Origin: Deltaproteobacteria bacterium
GTDB taxonomy: Bacteria > Myxococcota_A > Polyangia > Fen-1088
NCBI GenBank assembly: GCA_033763315.1
Contig: JANRKS010000034.1
Location: 192,001 to 256,000 of the forward strand
Direction of reading: 5' to 3'
Length of the DNA: 64,000 bases
The notes beneath the pieces are model-generated. The model had not been told where the DNA came from and searched no databases. It worked only from the letters and a program-made list of their open reading frames with translations. Below are positions 46,728 through 55,801 of this stretch, one piece after another (the first letter of the stretch is position 1; each line of letters opens with the position of its first letter). A program made the position numbers and the translations under genes.

Positions 46728-47585
46728 ATGAGCCCGCCCGACGAACACGCCGTTCCCTTTCCCGCGCCCTTGCCCGGGGCGATGAAGCTTTCGACGCAGC
46801 GACGTTTTGATCGCACGGCGCGGCTCATCGGCGATGCTGGGTTGGCCAAGTTGGCCGCCTCCACGGTGACGATTTTTGGCGTGGGCGGCGTGGGATCGTT
46901 TGCGGCCGAAGGCCTGGCACGCGCAGGCGTGGGGCGCTTGATCTTGGTTGATTTTGATCGCGTGTGCGTGACCAACGTCAACCGTCAGATCCACGCCATG
47001 AAAGGCACATTGGGCAAATCCAAGGTGGCCGTCATGGCGGAACGGTTGCTGCAAATCAATCCGGACATGCAGGTGCAAACGCGCAGTGAGTTCTATAGCG
47101 AGCGCACATCATCCCGGCTGCTCACGCCTGAGCCCGACGTCATCATCGACGCCATCGATAACGTGACGGCCAAGATTCATCTGTTGGCCACGGCCGTTCG
47201 CGAACGTTTGCGCATCGTCACCGCGATGGGCGCCGCCGCGCGCATGGATCCCACGCGCGTGAAAACCGCTGATCTGATGCTCACAAGTGGCTGTGGCTTG
47301 GCACGCGAAGTGCGCTCGTTGTTGCGAAAGAACTACGGCCTTGGCGAGCCCAACAAGGCGATGGGTGTCACCGCCGTTTACTCAGATGAGCCGGCCATCG
47401 CGCCCGTCCCGCTTGGTTATGACAACGGCGGCTTCGAGTGTGTGTGCCCGTCAGGCGACAATGGCTTGCACGATTGTGACTCGCGCATCGTTATCAACGG
47501 CAGCTCGCCGTTTGTGCCCTCGGTGTTCGGCATGACAGCCGCGTCTGTGGCCGTTCGCATGATCACCGGCACATACGTGCCCTAG
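46728..47585 (+). CDS. tcdA: tRNA threonylcarbamoyladenosine dehydratase (ThiF family)
   Basis: RFDRTARLIG, GVGGVGS, DFDRVCVTNVNRQ, DAIDN, MGAAARMDP, VYSDE. Confidence 0.88.
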   Translation: MSPPDEHAVPFPAPLPGAMKLSTQRRFDRTARLIGDAGLAKLAASTVTIFGVGGVGSFAAEGLARAGVGRLILVDFDRVCVTNVNRQIHAMKGTLGKSKVAVMAERLLQINPDMQVQTRSEFYSERTSSRLLTPEPDVIIDAIDNVTAKIHLLATAVRERLRIVTAMGAAARMDPTRVKTADLMLTSGCGLAREVRSLLRKNYGLGEPNKAMGVTAVYSDEPAIAPVPLGYDNGGFECVCPSGDNGLHDCDSRIVINGSSPFVPSVFGMTAASVAVRMITGTYVP

Positions 47586-48121
47586 TCTTTGCTGGGCTTC
47601 GCCGCTGGATCGAACCGCGCGATTTGCAATGAAGCTGGATCCACTTCATCGACCCAACCGGCCTTCGACGTGGGAAACGCGTCTGCGTAGGGGATATAGG
47701 GTTTTACGTCGAGGATCGGCGTGCCATCCAACAAATCGATGCCCTTGACGTGCAAGTGGCAGCCATCGACGCGCATCAATCTCACGACCGACAATCCAAT
47801 CGGGTTGGGACGATCGGGGGAACGCGTGGCGAACAGGCTGCGCCGCACGCGTTCGCCTCGCGGCGGGGTGACTTGGGGTGACCATGTGCCACCCCGGTGC
47901 AGCCAACTCACCACCCATACCCGCTCCATGCCTTGCAGGTCGGCGAGGGACTCGGGCGGGATCAGATTGGGGTCGAGCTCGAGCACCGCGGCCTGATCGG
48001 AATCGACGGCCGTGGCCTGCTGAGGCGTGCCAAAGCGACGTTCGTAGGGTGAGCGTACCCAACCGATGGGCGATGCCACGAAGGGACCTGCAGGTCGAGA
48101 AGGTGAATCCGGCGCCGTCAT
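47582..48121 (-). CDS. trmO: tRNA (N6-threonylcarbamoyladenosine(37)-N6)-methyltransferase TrmO/TsaA
   Basis: PIGWVRSPY, FATRSPDRPNPIGLS, DLLDGTPILDVKPY. Confidence 0.9.
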   Translation of the reverse strand: MTAPDSPSRPAGPFVASPIGWVRSPYERRFGTPQQATAVDSDQAAVLELDPNLIPPESLADLQGMERVWVVSWLHRGGTWSPQVTPPRGERVRRSLFATRSPDRPNPIGLSVVRLMRVDGCHLHVKGIDLLDGTPILDVKPYIPYADAFPTSKAGWVDEVDPASLQIARFDPAAKPSKD

Positions 48122-48214
48122 ACGTTTGACTTATGCGATGTGAACGCAATCTTCAAACGCCAGATGACGACAAGCGCTCTGCGTGGGAAAGTTTCGTACT
48201 CCTTTACCCAATCC

Positions 48215-49234
48215 GTGGCCGCCTCCGACGCAAAGCCTATAAGCTCCGAAACCCTTCGTGCGGCCGCACGTGAGGCGAGGTTTACGTTGGTGGGTTTCGC
48301 CGAACCATTGCCCATCGACGGGGCGCCGTTGCGCGCGTGGTTGGCGAACGGGCACGCGGCCGATATGGATTGGATGCACAAAAATGTAGAGGAGCGGCTA
48401 GATCCTTCGCTGGTTGTGCCCAACGTGCGCACGGTGATGGCGCTGGGCATTGGCTACCGCCGCCCGGCCAATGAACGTTCGCGCGTCGCCAGCTACGCGC
48501 GTGGCCGCGACTACCATTACGCTCACCGCGATCGCATGCGCAAAATGCGTAAAGCGCTGATGGATTTGGATCCCACGATGCGCATCTACGCGTGCGTCGA
48601 TACGGGTATGGCCATGGAGAAGGTGTGGGCTGAACGTGCGGGCTTGGGTTGGATCGGTAAGAACGGTTTGCTTATCAACCGCGAGCTCGGCTCGTGGGTC
48701 ACCTTGTCGGTGATGTACTTTGATCGCGCGGTCGACGTTTACGATAAGCCGCACGAATTTCTGTGTGGCGATTGTGTGCGTTGCCTCAACGGCTGCCCCA
48801 CGGGCGCCTTCCCCTCACCTGGCGTGGTGGACGCGCGGTTGTGCCTTTCTTATCAATCGATCGAGAACCGCGGCGAGGTGCCGGAGCGTTTGCGCCGGGG
48901 CTTCGTGGGCCGCATCTTTGGGTGCGACATTTGCCAAGACGTGTGCCCGTGGAACCGGGATGACATTCCTGTTGGAGATCGTCGTTTCGAGCCACGGCCG
49001 CTGTCGTCGCTTTCCCCGGCACAGATCGCGGCGCTCGGGGAGGAAGAATTCAAGGCGTTGTCTGCGGGCATGGCGGTGGCGCGCGCGCAATATCACGGCC
49101 TGCGCCGCAACGCTTTGCTCACGTTAGGCGCGCAGCGAGATCAGAAAAGCCGCCCGGTGATCGAGCGGCTTTGCGATGACGAAAGCCCGATAGTTGCGGA
49201 AGCGGCACGCTGGGCGTTGCAACGTTTGGGTTGA
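48215..49234 (+). CDS. queG: Epoxyqueuosine reductase
   Basis: YARGRDYH, VDTG..MEK..AERAGLGWIGKN, CGDCVRCLNGCPT, GCDICQDVCPWN; start uncertain (48140-48215). Confidence 0.94.
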   Translation: MAASDAKPISSETLRAAAREARFTLVGFAEPLPIDGAPLRAWLANGHAADMDWMHKNVEERLDPSLVVPNVRTVMALGIGYRRPANERSRVASYARGRDYHYAHRDRMRKMRKALMDLDPTMRIYACVDTGMAMEKVWAERAGLGWIGKNGLLINRELGSWVTLSVMYFDRAVDVYDKPHEFLCGDCVRCLNGCPTGAFPSPGVVDARLCLSYQSIENRGEVPERLRRGFVGRIFGCDICQDVCPWNRDDIPVGDRRFEPRPLSSLSPAQIAALGEEEFKALSAGMAVARAQYHGLRRNALLTLGAQRDQKSRPVIERLCDDESPIVAEAARWALQRLG

Positions 49235-49254
49235 GTCAGCGATCGGCCAGGCGG

Positions 49255-49674
49255 CTAAAGCGCTCCCGCCGCGCGGCCCCGCGTAACCCAGGTGCCCCGC
49301 TTCCATGCGACCACAAGCAGCAGGGCGGCAAAAACCGCGGGCATCACAGCCATGGGTGCAGCGCCCATCCGAACCGTGGTCACGACGGCCCCCACCATGA
49401 TGATGAATAAACCTACCGCTGCCACGGGCGTCAGCGCCGGTTTGATGCGCAAGAGCAGAGGCAGGATCAGGCCCAACGCGCCCAGGATTTCTGCGGCGCC
49501 GATGAAATGAATGAAACCGCCGGAAAAACCTGTTCCTTTCGTCATTTCCTCAACCGGCATGAGGAATTTGGACACGCCCGAGAACAGGAACATCGCCGCA
49601 AGCACCCCTTGAATGATCCACAAGGTGATGTTGGCTGCGCGTGAAGGCGAGGGCGATTTTGATACGTCGTTCAT
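49255..49674 (-). CDS. DoxX family membrane protein
   Basis: LWIIQGVLAAMFLFSGVSK, IGAAEILGALGLILP; four TM helices. Confidence 0.88.
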   Translation of the reverse strand: MNDVSKSPSPSRAANITLWIIQGVLAAMFLFSGVSKFLMPVEEMTKGTGFSGGFIHFIGAAEILGALGLILPLLLRIKPALTPVAAVGLFIIMVGAVVTTVRMGAAPMAVMPAVFAALLLVVAWKRGTWVTRGRAAGAL

Positions 49675-49748
49675 GATGGGATCCTTTGTTGGTTGCCCTT
49701 ATACGACGAACGGCTCGCGCTTGCCTCGACACGCCCTGATGGCGATTA

Positions 49749-50297
49749 TCATTTCTTGCCCCAATGCTCCGGGTGCGTGCAACCATCGAAATGATCTCGC
49801 GCCACGTTACCGACGTAACCAAGCTCTTGGTGAATGCCAATGTCGGTTGTGTAGTAGGCCTCGATGGTGGCCGCCTTAAGCTCGACGAAAAACAGCTCGC
49901 CCTCGGATGCGGGAGCGGCTTCAGCTTTGGCCAAGCTCGCCAAAACGGCGTCTTGAGCTTGCGGGTTCAGGCTTGTAAATGCCTTGCCCGTTTGGCGACG
50001 CGACTCCTTGTCGAACGCCTGCAACCCGGCGCGCCATCGTTGCTTCGTCTTGTCAATGCGCGCTGCCAATAGATGATCAAGAAAGGGGGCCACCAACGCG
50101 GCGCGGGCGCCGCCTGAGTGCTCATCCGCAGGGATGATTCGTTCAGTGGCGGCGTCTAAAATCGCATTCTCAGCTGTAGTGAGAACGTGGCCACCCGCCA
50201 TTGCCAGCCGCTGTCGAAAGGCCAACGCGCTCGGCGCCAAGGCGCCGCTCGCTCCGATGATCTGCAACGCACGTCGTCGTGAGGTTGGTTCCATCAC
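49749..50297 (-). CDS. Gluconate 2-dehydrogenase subunit 3 family protein (Tat-signal partner of the GMC enzyme)
   Basis: SRRRALQ twin-Arg; ERIIPAD..GGA, TIEAYYTTDIG...LGY. Confidence 0.88.
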   Translation of the reverse strand: MMEPTSRRRALQIIGASGALAPSALAFRQRLAMAGGHVLTTAENAILDAATERIIPADEHSGGARAALVAPFLDHLLAARIDKTKQRWRAGLQAFDKESRRQTGKAFTSLNPQAQDAVLASLAKAEAAPASEGELFFVELKAATIEAYYTTDIGIHQELGYVGNVARDHFDGCTHPEHWGKK

Positions 50298-51889
50298 AGC
50301 GCCCTCCGGCGGCTTTGGGCAAGAAGATGGCGGGCCGCGCGCACGGACAGCGCCATCAACGTTAACGTTGGGTTCTTCTCAGGGAATGTGGGAAACGTGC
50401 TGCCGTCAGCCACAACGAGGTTGGGCACGTTATGCACTTGGCCCCACCGGTTTACCACGGATGTCTTTGGGTCATCGCCCATGCGGCAAGTGCCCGTCTC
50501 GTGGCTCGCGAAGCCACCAATGCGATTGCCACCAAACATCAGCTTCGCGCCGGCCATCTCGTGAATCTCGCGTGTCACGGCCATCATATCGGCGAACAGC
50601 GCGCGATCTTCGTCGCAGAACGAAAACTGCACGGTCGGCAAAGGAATGCCGAAGGGATCCGTTCGGTCTTTGTCAACGCTCACGAAGTTTTCGAATCTGG
50701 CCATCACCTTGCCGAAGGAGCCCATCTGCAACATCGCCGGTGCCAAAGAACGCACCTTCGCCTTCCATTGCGCGCCAAAACCAGGAACAGCGGGCGCGTG
50801 GTGAGGAAAATCGTAACGCGCAAACTGCGTTTGAATTTGAAAGCCGCCCTTATAGCCTTTGGTTTGGCGCGCGAAGCGCGGAATAATCGAGTGATCCAAC
50901 GCGCCATCGTTGTTTGTCATGGGCGCATCGCTCAAGGCCTCAAGATAGCCGAAGAAGTCAGCTTTTGAGTGGCCGCACAGCCAGCGACCAACCAGGCCAT
51001 TGTCGTTGCCCACGCCGTTGGGAGATTGGGGGCTGACCGAGTTCAAAAGCAAGCGGGGCGTCTCGATGCCTCCACAGGCCAGAACCACAGCTTTAGCGTG
51101 TAGCTCCTCTTCTTTGCCGGTCACGCGATCAATGATGGAGACTCCGGCGGCACGGCCTTTTTCGTTCAAGATCACAGCCCGTGCAAGCGCATTGGTGCGC
51201 AACCTCAGCCTTCCTGACGATTCAGCCGCGGGAAACAGCGCATTGGTGGTGTTGAAGATGGATTGGGAATGGCAACCCGACATGCAGTGGCCACAGTAGT
51301 GGCAGGCGCCACGCGTGCCGCGGACTTTGGTTGATATCGCCTTGCGCGTGGGAATCATGCGAATCTTGAGTTTCTCGCAAGCACGCGCCGCCAGAACCTC
51401 AGCGCAACGGAAGGCGGGTGGTTTTCCCCAATAGACGCTGTCTGGCACCACCTCCAAGTTCTCTCGCGTGCCCACGATTCCTACGGTGCGTTCGACGTAT
51501 TCATAGAACGGCACAAGTTCATTGTAGGAAAGTGGCCAGTCCACCTCGATGTCGTTGACCGTGTTTTCACGAAAATCATCCTTCGAGAACCGCAAACACA
51601 CTGCGTTCCAGTGCATGCTGCGCCCGCCAAGCGTGCGAATGCGATCCACAGCGACGTTATCCGTAGTCTTGTAGACCACGTCGCCAATGCTCTTGTCATA
51701 AAACGGTGAGGGGCGGCGGCGATCAGGCAGCTCGTAAGGATAAGCATGCGTGTCTAGCTGCGACAGATCCACTTTGGTTCCCGCTTCCAGGAGCAACACA
51801 TTTACCCCGGCACGCGCGAGTTCATACGCGGCGAACCCACCCGTGGGCCCCGAGCCAACCACAATCACATCGAAATCTGACTCTTTCAT
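50294..51889 (-). CDS. GMC family oxidoreductase (glycoside 3-dehydrogenase-like flavoprotein)
   Basis: VVGSGPTGG FAD motif, LGGRSMHW, WPLSYNEL, CHYCGHCMSGC Fe-S motif, HETGTCRMG, NPTLTLMAL; ATGA overlap with the upstream gene. Confidence 0.93.
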   Translation of the reverse strand: MKESDFDVIVVGSGPTGGFAAYELARAGVNVLLLEAGTKVDLSQLDTHAYPYELPDRRRPSPFYDKSIGDVVYKTTDNVAVDRIRTLGGRSMHWNAVCLRFSKDDFRENTVNDIEVDWPLSYNELVPFYEYVERTVGIVGTRENLEVVPDSVYWGKPPAFRCAEVLAARACEKLKIRMIPTRKAISTKVRGTRGACHYCGHCMSGCHSQSIFNTTNALFPAAESSGRLRLRTNALARAVILNEKGRAAGVSIIDRVTGKEEELHAKAVVLACGGIETPRLLLNSVSPQSPNGVGNDNGLVGRWLCGHSKADFFGYLEALSDAPMTNNDGALDHSIIPRFARQTKGYKGGFQIQTQFARYDFPHHAPAVPGFGAQWKAKVRSLAPAMLQMGSFGKVMARFENFVSVDKDRTDPFGIPLPTVQFSFCDEDRALFADMMAVTREIHEMAGAKLMFGGNRIGGFASHETGTCRMGDDPKTSVVNRWGQVHNVPNLVVADGSTFPTFPEKNPTLTLMALSVRAARHLLAQSRRRAL

Positions 51890-53127
51890 CGCTGACCCCC
51901 ATGGGCGTTTGTAACTGGATTCTCGAGCCAGTAAAGCCCCGACTTTCCCGGACACACAAGATCCAGATCACCGTCCTTGTCCAAATCCACCGGAACCAGA
52001 TCCAAGCCGGTGCCGATGCTGCCGGGCGGAAAATCCCTCTGGGCGTCGCGCCGTTCTGGATCGGAGGGCGCTCGACTGGCTGGCTGCCCCTCGTAGATCA
52101 ATTCGCGGTGAAACGCACCGACGCTGCGATCAAATGTGTAGGCCACAATCACGGGAGCTTCTGTGGCGCCGGCCTCAGCTTCGTGCGCGTAAATCCGCTT
52201 GCCGGTGACCACCGATGGGCCGTGGCCCAGATCCGCAATCATCAAAGCATGTGCTTGCGTGAACGACGTATCGATCACCTGCGTTTGCCATTTGGTTTGC
52301 AAGCCGCCCTTTGCAGGCATTTGCCTTGCCCAGCTCACCCCTCGGTCGTGTGCGTGGCCCCAGAGCAGATCCGAAAGGCCATCGCCGTCAAAGTCGGCCA
52401 CGAGAATGGGAACGCTGGCGGTGCCCAGGCTTGGGATCGCGTGGGGCACCCAGGCTTGCTGGGCAGAGCCCGCGTACCAGCGCTGAGGCACCACCACGTC
52501 GGCGTAGCCGTCGCCATCGACATCGCCCAGGCCCACCCCGTGGCCGCCTTCGCCCACCACATGTTTGACGAAAAACGGCGCGTGCGGACCGATGTACTCG
52601 AAATAAACGGCCGTATTAACTGTGTTCGGCAACAAATCCACGTCGCCATCGCCATCAATATCGGTGAGGCGGCACGTTTCGCTCGGGCCCGGCGTATCGA
52701 TGACGTGCTCACGCCACAGACCGGCGACGACGCCACCAGGATTTTCGACCCACGCCACGGACTTGCTGAAGTAGGCGCAGGTCACAACATCAATGTGCCC
52801 GTCGCCGTTGACGTCCAAAGGCAGGTCGCCAAAGTCCTCACTGTAGTGGCGGTTTGGCGAAGCAGGGATCTGCCGCACTTTGCGAGGCCGCCAACCTGGC
52901 CCAACGTAAAGCGTGTCGCCGCTGATAATGTCCAATTGCCCGTCGCCGTCGAAATCGGCCACCCCGGCGGCCTCGTAAACGGAAGTGGCAGCCACTGTGT
53001 GCGGAATCCAGGCCGCGGGCGGCGTGGCCTTTGGCGTGCCCGCAGCCACCGCACAGCCCCCTGTGCAAAGCGCATAAAGCAGGGGGGCTCTGGCGGCGGC
53101 TCGGTGCAAAGAAGCAATTTTCAACAC
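51886..53127 (-). CDS. FG-GAP/VCBS repeat beta-propeller lipoprotein
   Basis: Repeated D(F/V/I)DGDGxxD motifs; possible lipobox TGGC. Confidence 0.88.
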   Translation of the reverse strand: MLKIASLHRAAARAPLLYALCTGGCAVAAGTPKATPPAAWIPHTVAATSVYEAAGVADFDGDGQLDIISGDTLYVGPGWRPRKVRQIPASPNRHYSEDFGDLPLDVNGDGHIDVVTCAYFSKSVAWVENPGGVVAGLWREHVIDTPGPSETCRLTDIDGDGDVDLLPNTVNTAVYFEYIGPHAPFFVKHVVGEGGHGVGLGDVDGDGYADVVVPQRWYAGSAQQAWVPHAIPSLGTASVPILVADFDGDGLSDLLWGHAHDRGVSWARQMPAKGGLQTKWQTQVIDTSFTQAHALMIADLGHGPSVVTGKRIYAHEAEAGATEAPVIVAYTFDRSVGAFHRELIYEGQPASRAPSDPERRDAQRDFPPGSIGTGLDLVPVDLDKDGDLDLVCPGKSGLYWLENPVTNAHGGQR

Positions 53128-53202
53128 GCCCCCACGTTATGACTCAAGTGGCTTTGTGGCTTGCGCAGATTCGGCGTCGTTTTGTATAAAATCAGCATCC
53201 CT

Positions 53203-53982
53203 ATGCCGCAGGCGCCATCAACCTCACAGAAACGGCGTGGCTCCGCGTCATCCGTTGGCCAAACTCCGCACGCGGCAAACAGTTGGTTAGAAAATCTGTT
53301 CGACTATCTGCCCGACGTTGTGTCGTGGGCCAAGGATTTGGAAGGCCGCTTCATCACGGGAAACGCAGCGTTGCTGCGACTGCTCGGCGCCCCGCGGCTC
53401 GGCGACGTGGTGGGCCGAAGGGACAGCGATTTTTTCCCCGCCCATCTTTGCGAAGCCTACGCCAGGGATGATGCCGAAGTCGCAAAGACTGGCCGCGCCA
53501 TTGTCGATCGCATCGAGCCGGTGCGAGACGCTGGCGGGCGGTTGGTGTGGCAAAACACAACGAAGATTCCCATACATAACGCCGATGGCGTCGTGGTGGG
53601 CGTGGCAGGCATCACGCGCAGCCTCAAGCGTGTGGCGCCGTCGGCGGCCCGGTTCGCGGTGTTGGGGCCGGCGGTGGAGGCCATGATGAACCGCTATGAT
53701 GAGCCGTTGACGATGACCTCCTTGGCGCGGGCGGTGCACCTTTCCATTAGTCAATTTGAACGCCGGTTCGTGAAGCATTTTGGCACCACGCCGCTGCGGT
53801 ATTTGTCGCGTGTCCGTGTGGCAGCGGCTGGCCAACTGCTCGTGGGCACCAAGCTGCCGTTGTCCGAGATTGCCTTGCGCACGGGCTTTTGCGATCAAAG
53901 CCATTTTTCTCACCAGTTCCTGAGGCACACGGGGCTATCGCCCGGCCGTTACCGGGCGCGTTTTGACCAGACCGAGCCCTAG
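53203..53982 (+). CDS. PAS-domain AraC family transcriptional regulator
   Basis: PAS_4 (KDLEGRF...TTKIPI...VGVAG) plus AraC HTH (IALRTGFCDQSHFS). Confidence 0.92.
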   Translation: MPQAPSTSQKRRGSASSVGQTPHAANSWLENLFDYLPDVVSWAKDLEGRFITGNAALLRLLGAPRLGDVVGRRDSDFFPAHLCEAYARDDAEVAKTGRAIVDRIEPVRDAGGRLVWQNTTKIPIHNADGVVVGVAGITRSLKRVAPSAARFAVLGPAVEAMMNRYDEPLTMTSLARAVHLSISQFERRFVKHFGTTPLRYLSRVRVAAAGQLLVGTKLPLSEIALRTGFCDQSHFSHQFLRHTGLSPGRYRARFDQTEP

Positions 53983-54092
53983 GGCTTGCGCCAACGTCTG
54001 TGCGCCTGCACCGGCGGATCCTTGGGGATTAGACGCTGCCGCGTGGCGCCGCCCGTTAAGGCCGGGCGCGAAACCTCCGATGTGGCCGTCGA

Positions 54093-55799
54093 ATGCTGAC
54101 GTTTTCACCCGATGCCATGACCGCCGAAACGCAGATGAGGGCGGTGCTCTTCTACCTCACAACCTTCGGCTACATTGACGGTGATTTTGACCTTTCCGAG
54201 AAGGCGTTCGTCAGCGCCTACATCGGCCGCCTGATCCGCCACCGCATCGATACGTCAGCTGCGCCGCCACAAGGTGAACTGCGCGAGGAGCTGATCGCCA
54301 AATATACGAAGCACTTTGCAGAAGTGTTTCAAAGCATCGACGCGCAGGTGAAGGATCTGTTTACGGAGTCGGTGGCCGAAGGGGAGGATCAAGACCAATT
54401 TGTCCACGCAAAGCTGAAGCTGCGTTGCTTCGAGTTCTTCAAAAGCTTCGACAAAGCCAACCAGGAACAGTTGATGGAGACCATCGACGAACTGGTGGCG
54501 GCGGACGGCCAGGTGCATCCAGCCGAAGAAAAATTTCGTGGCGAGCTCGCTGAATTGTTGCAGGCAGATCTCGGGATCGAGTTGCTTGACGAAAGCACCG
54601 ACCTGCCCCCCGCCGTGGAGGTGCGCACCGCGGCTGTGCTGCCTCCCGCAACTGAGAATCATCCCTTCTTCGAGCAGTTTGAGCATCACTACACCGCCGC
54701 CCCCGATCGGTTGCAGGCGCAAGTGGCTGCGGATCGAAAACTCATTGATGACGTGATACAGGCGCTTGCACACCAACGGGCGGCAGGGCAGGGCAAGCTG
54801 GCGGGCAAGGACAGCGTGCTCGACTTTCTGAATCAAACGCCGCCCGTGCAGCCGTTTCTCGATGGCCATGTGCACGTGATCCCACCGCAGCCTGGTGTCA
54901 GATATGAGCTTACGGTGCTAGGCGATCTGCACGGTTGCTACAGCTGCCTCAAAGCGGCACTGATGCAGTCAGACTTCTTCGGTAAGGTGAACCGTTATCG
55001 CGCCGACCCAAGCAAGCACCCCTTTCCCAAACTCATCCTGCTTGGCGATTACATCGACCGGGGCCTGTTCAGTTACCACGGCATTTTACGCGCGGCCATG
55101 CAGCTTTACTTGCGCGCGCCTGAGCACGTGGTTCTACTGCGGGGAAACCACGAGTATTACATTGAGCATCAAGGCCGCGTCTATGGCGCCGTGCGACCAA
55201 GCGAGGCAATGGATACCTTGAAGTCGCACTTTTCTGTTGAAGTGTTCCGCCACTACATGCAGCTGTTCGACGCCTTGCCGAATATGGTGTTCTTCGATCG
55301 CTTCTTCTTCGTTCACGGCGGCATTCCACGCGATCGCACAATGAAAGAGAAGTACAAGGATCTGTCGAGTTTGAACAACTGGGACATACGGTTCGAGATG
55401 ATGTGGAGCGATCCAAGTCTTGCAGACGTCATTCCTGCGGCCCTGCAGGAACAGACCGCCCGATTCCCTTTTGGCCGTTTGCAAAGCTTGGCGTTCATGC
55501 AACGCATCGGGTGCCACACGCTGATCCGGGGCCACGAAAAAATCGATGAGGGTTTCCGACGCGTGTACGAAGAAGATGGCCAGTTGCTGATCTCGTTGTT
55601 TTCGTCCGGTGGCGCTGACAACGAGGATTTGCCTGAGGACAGCAGCTACCGCACGGTCACGCCGATGGCGCTCACCTTGACGTGGCACGAAGGACAGGCG
55701 CAGATCGTGCCTTGGCCCATCGATTACCGCCCCTACAACGATCCCTCGCGCAATGGCTTTTATCTAACCGACCCAGAGATCGAGCATCGGTCCACGTAG
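54093..55799 (+). CDS. TerB-like domain fused to a PPP-family Ser/Thr protein phosphatase
   Basis: N-terminal YIDGDFDLSE and AADGQVHPAE; C-terminal GDLHG, GDYIDRG, LRGNHE, VHGG, WSDP, RGHE. Confidence 0.85.
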   Translation: MLTFSPDAMTAETQMRAVLFYLTTFGYIDGDFDLSEKAFVSAYIGRLIRHRIDTSAAPPQGELREELIAKYTKHFAEVFQSIDAQVKDLFTESVAEGEDQDQFVHAKLKLRCFEFFKSFDKANQEQLMETIDELVAADGQVHPAEEKFRGELAELLQADLGIELLDESTDLPPAVEVRTAAVLPPATENHPFFEQFEHHYTAAPDRLQAQVAADRKLIDDVIQALAHQRAAGQGKLAGKDSVLDFLNQTPPVQPFLDGHVHVIPPQPGVRYELTVLGDLHGCYSCLKAALMQSDFFGKVNRYRADPSKHPFPKLILLGDYIDRGLFSYHGILRAAMQLYLRAPEHVVLLRGNHEYYIEHQGRVYGAVRPSEAMDTLKSHFSVEVFRHYMQLFDALPNMVFFDRFFFVHGGIPRDRTMKEKYKDLSSLNNWDIRFEMMWSDPSLADVIPAALQEQTARFPFGRLQSLAFMQRIGCHTLIRGHEKIDEGFRRVYEEDGQLLISLFSSGGADNEDLPEDSSYRTVTPMALTLTWHEGQAQIVPWPIDYRPYNDPSRNGFYLTDPEIEHRST

Positions 55800-55801
55800 T
55801 G

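Noticed and set aside
51706-53142. 478-aa ORF on the + strand
   Set aside because: Antisense shadow of the FG-GAP gene; no motifs; such shadows are expected in high-GC DNA
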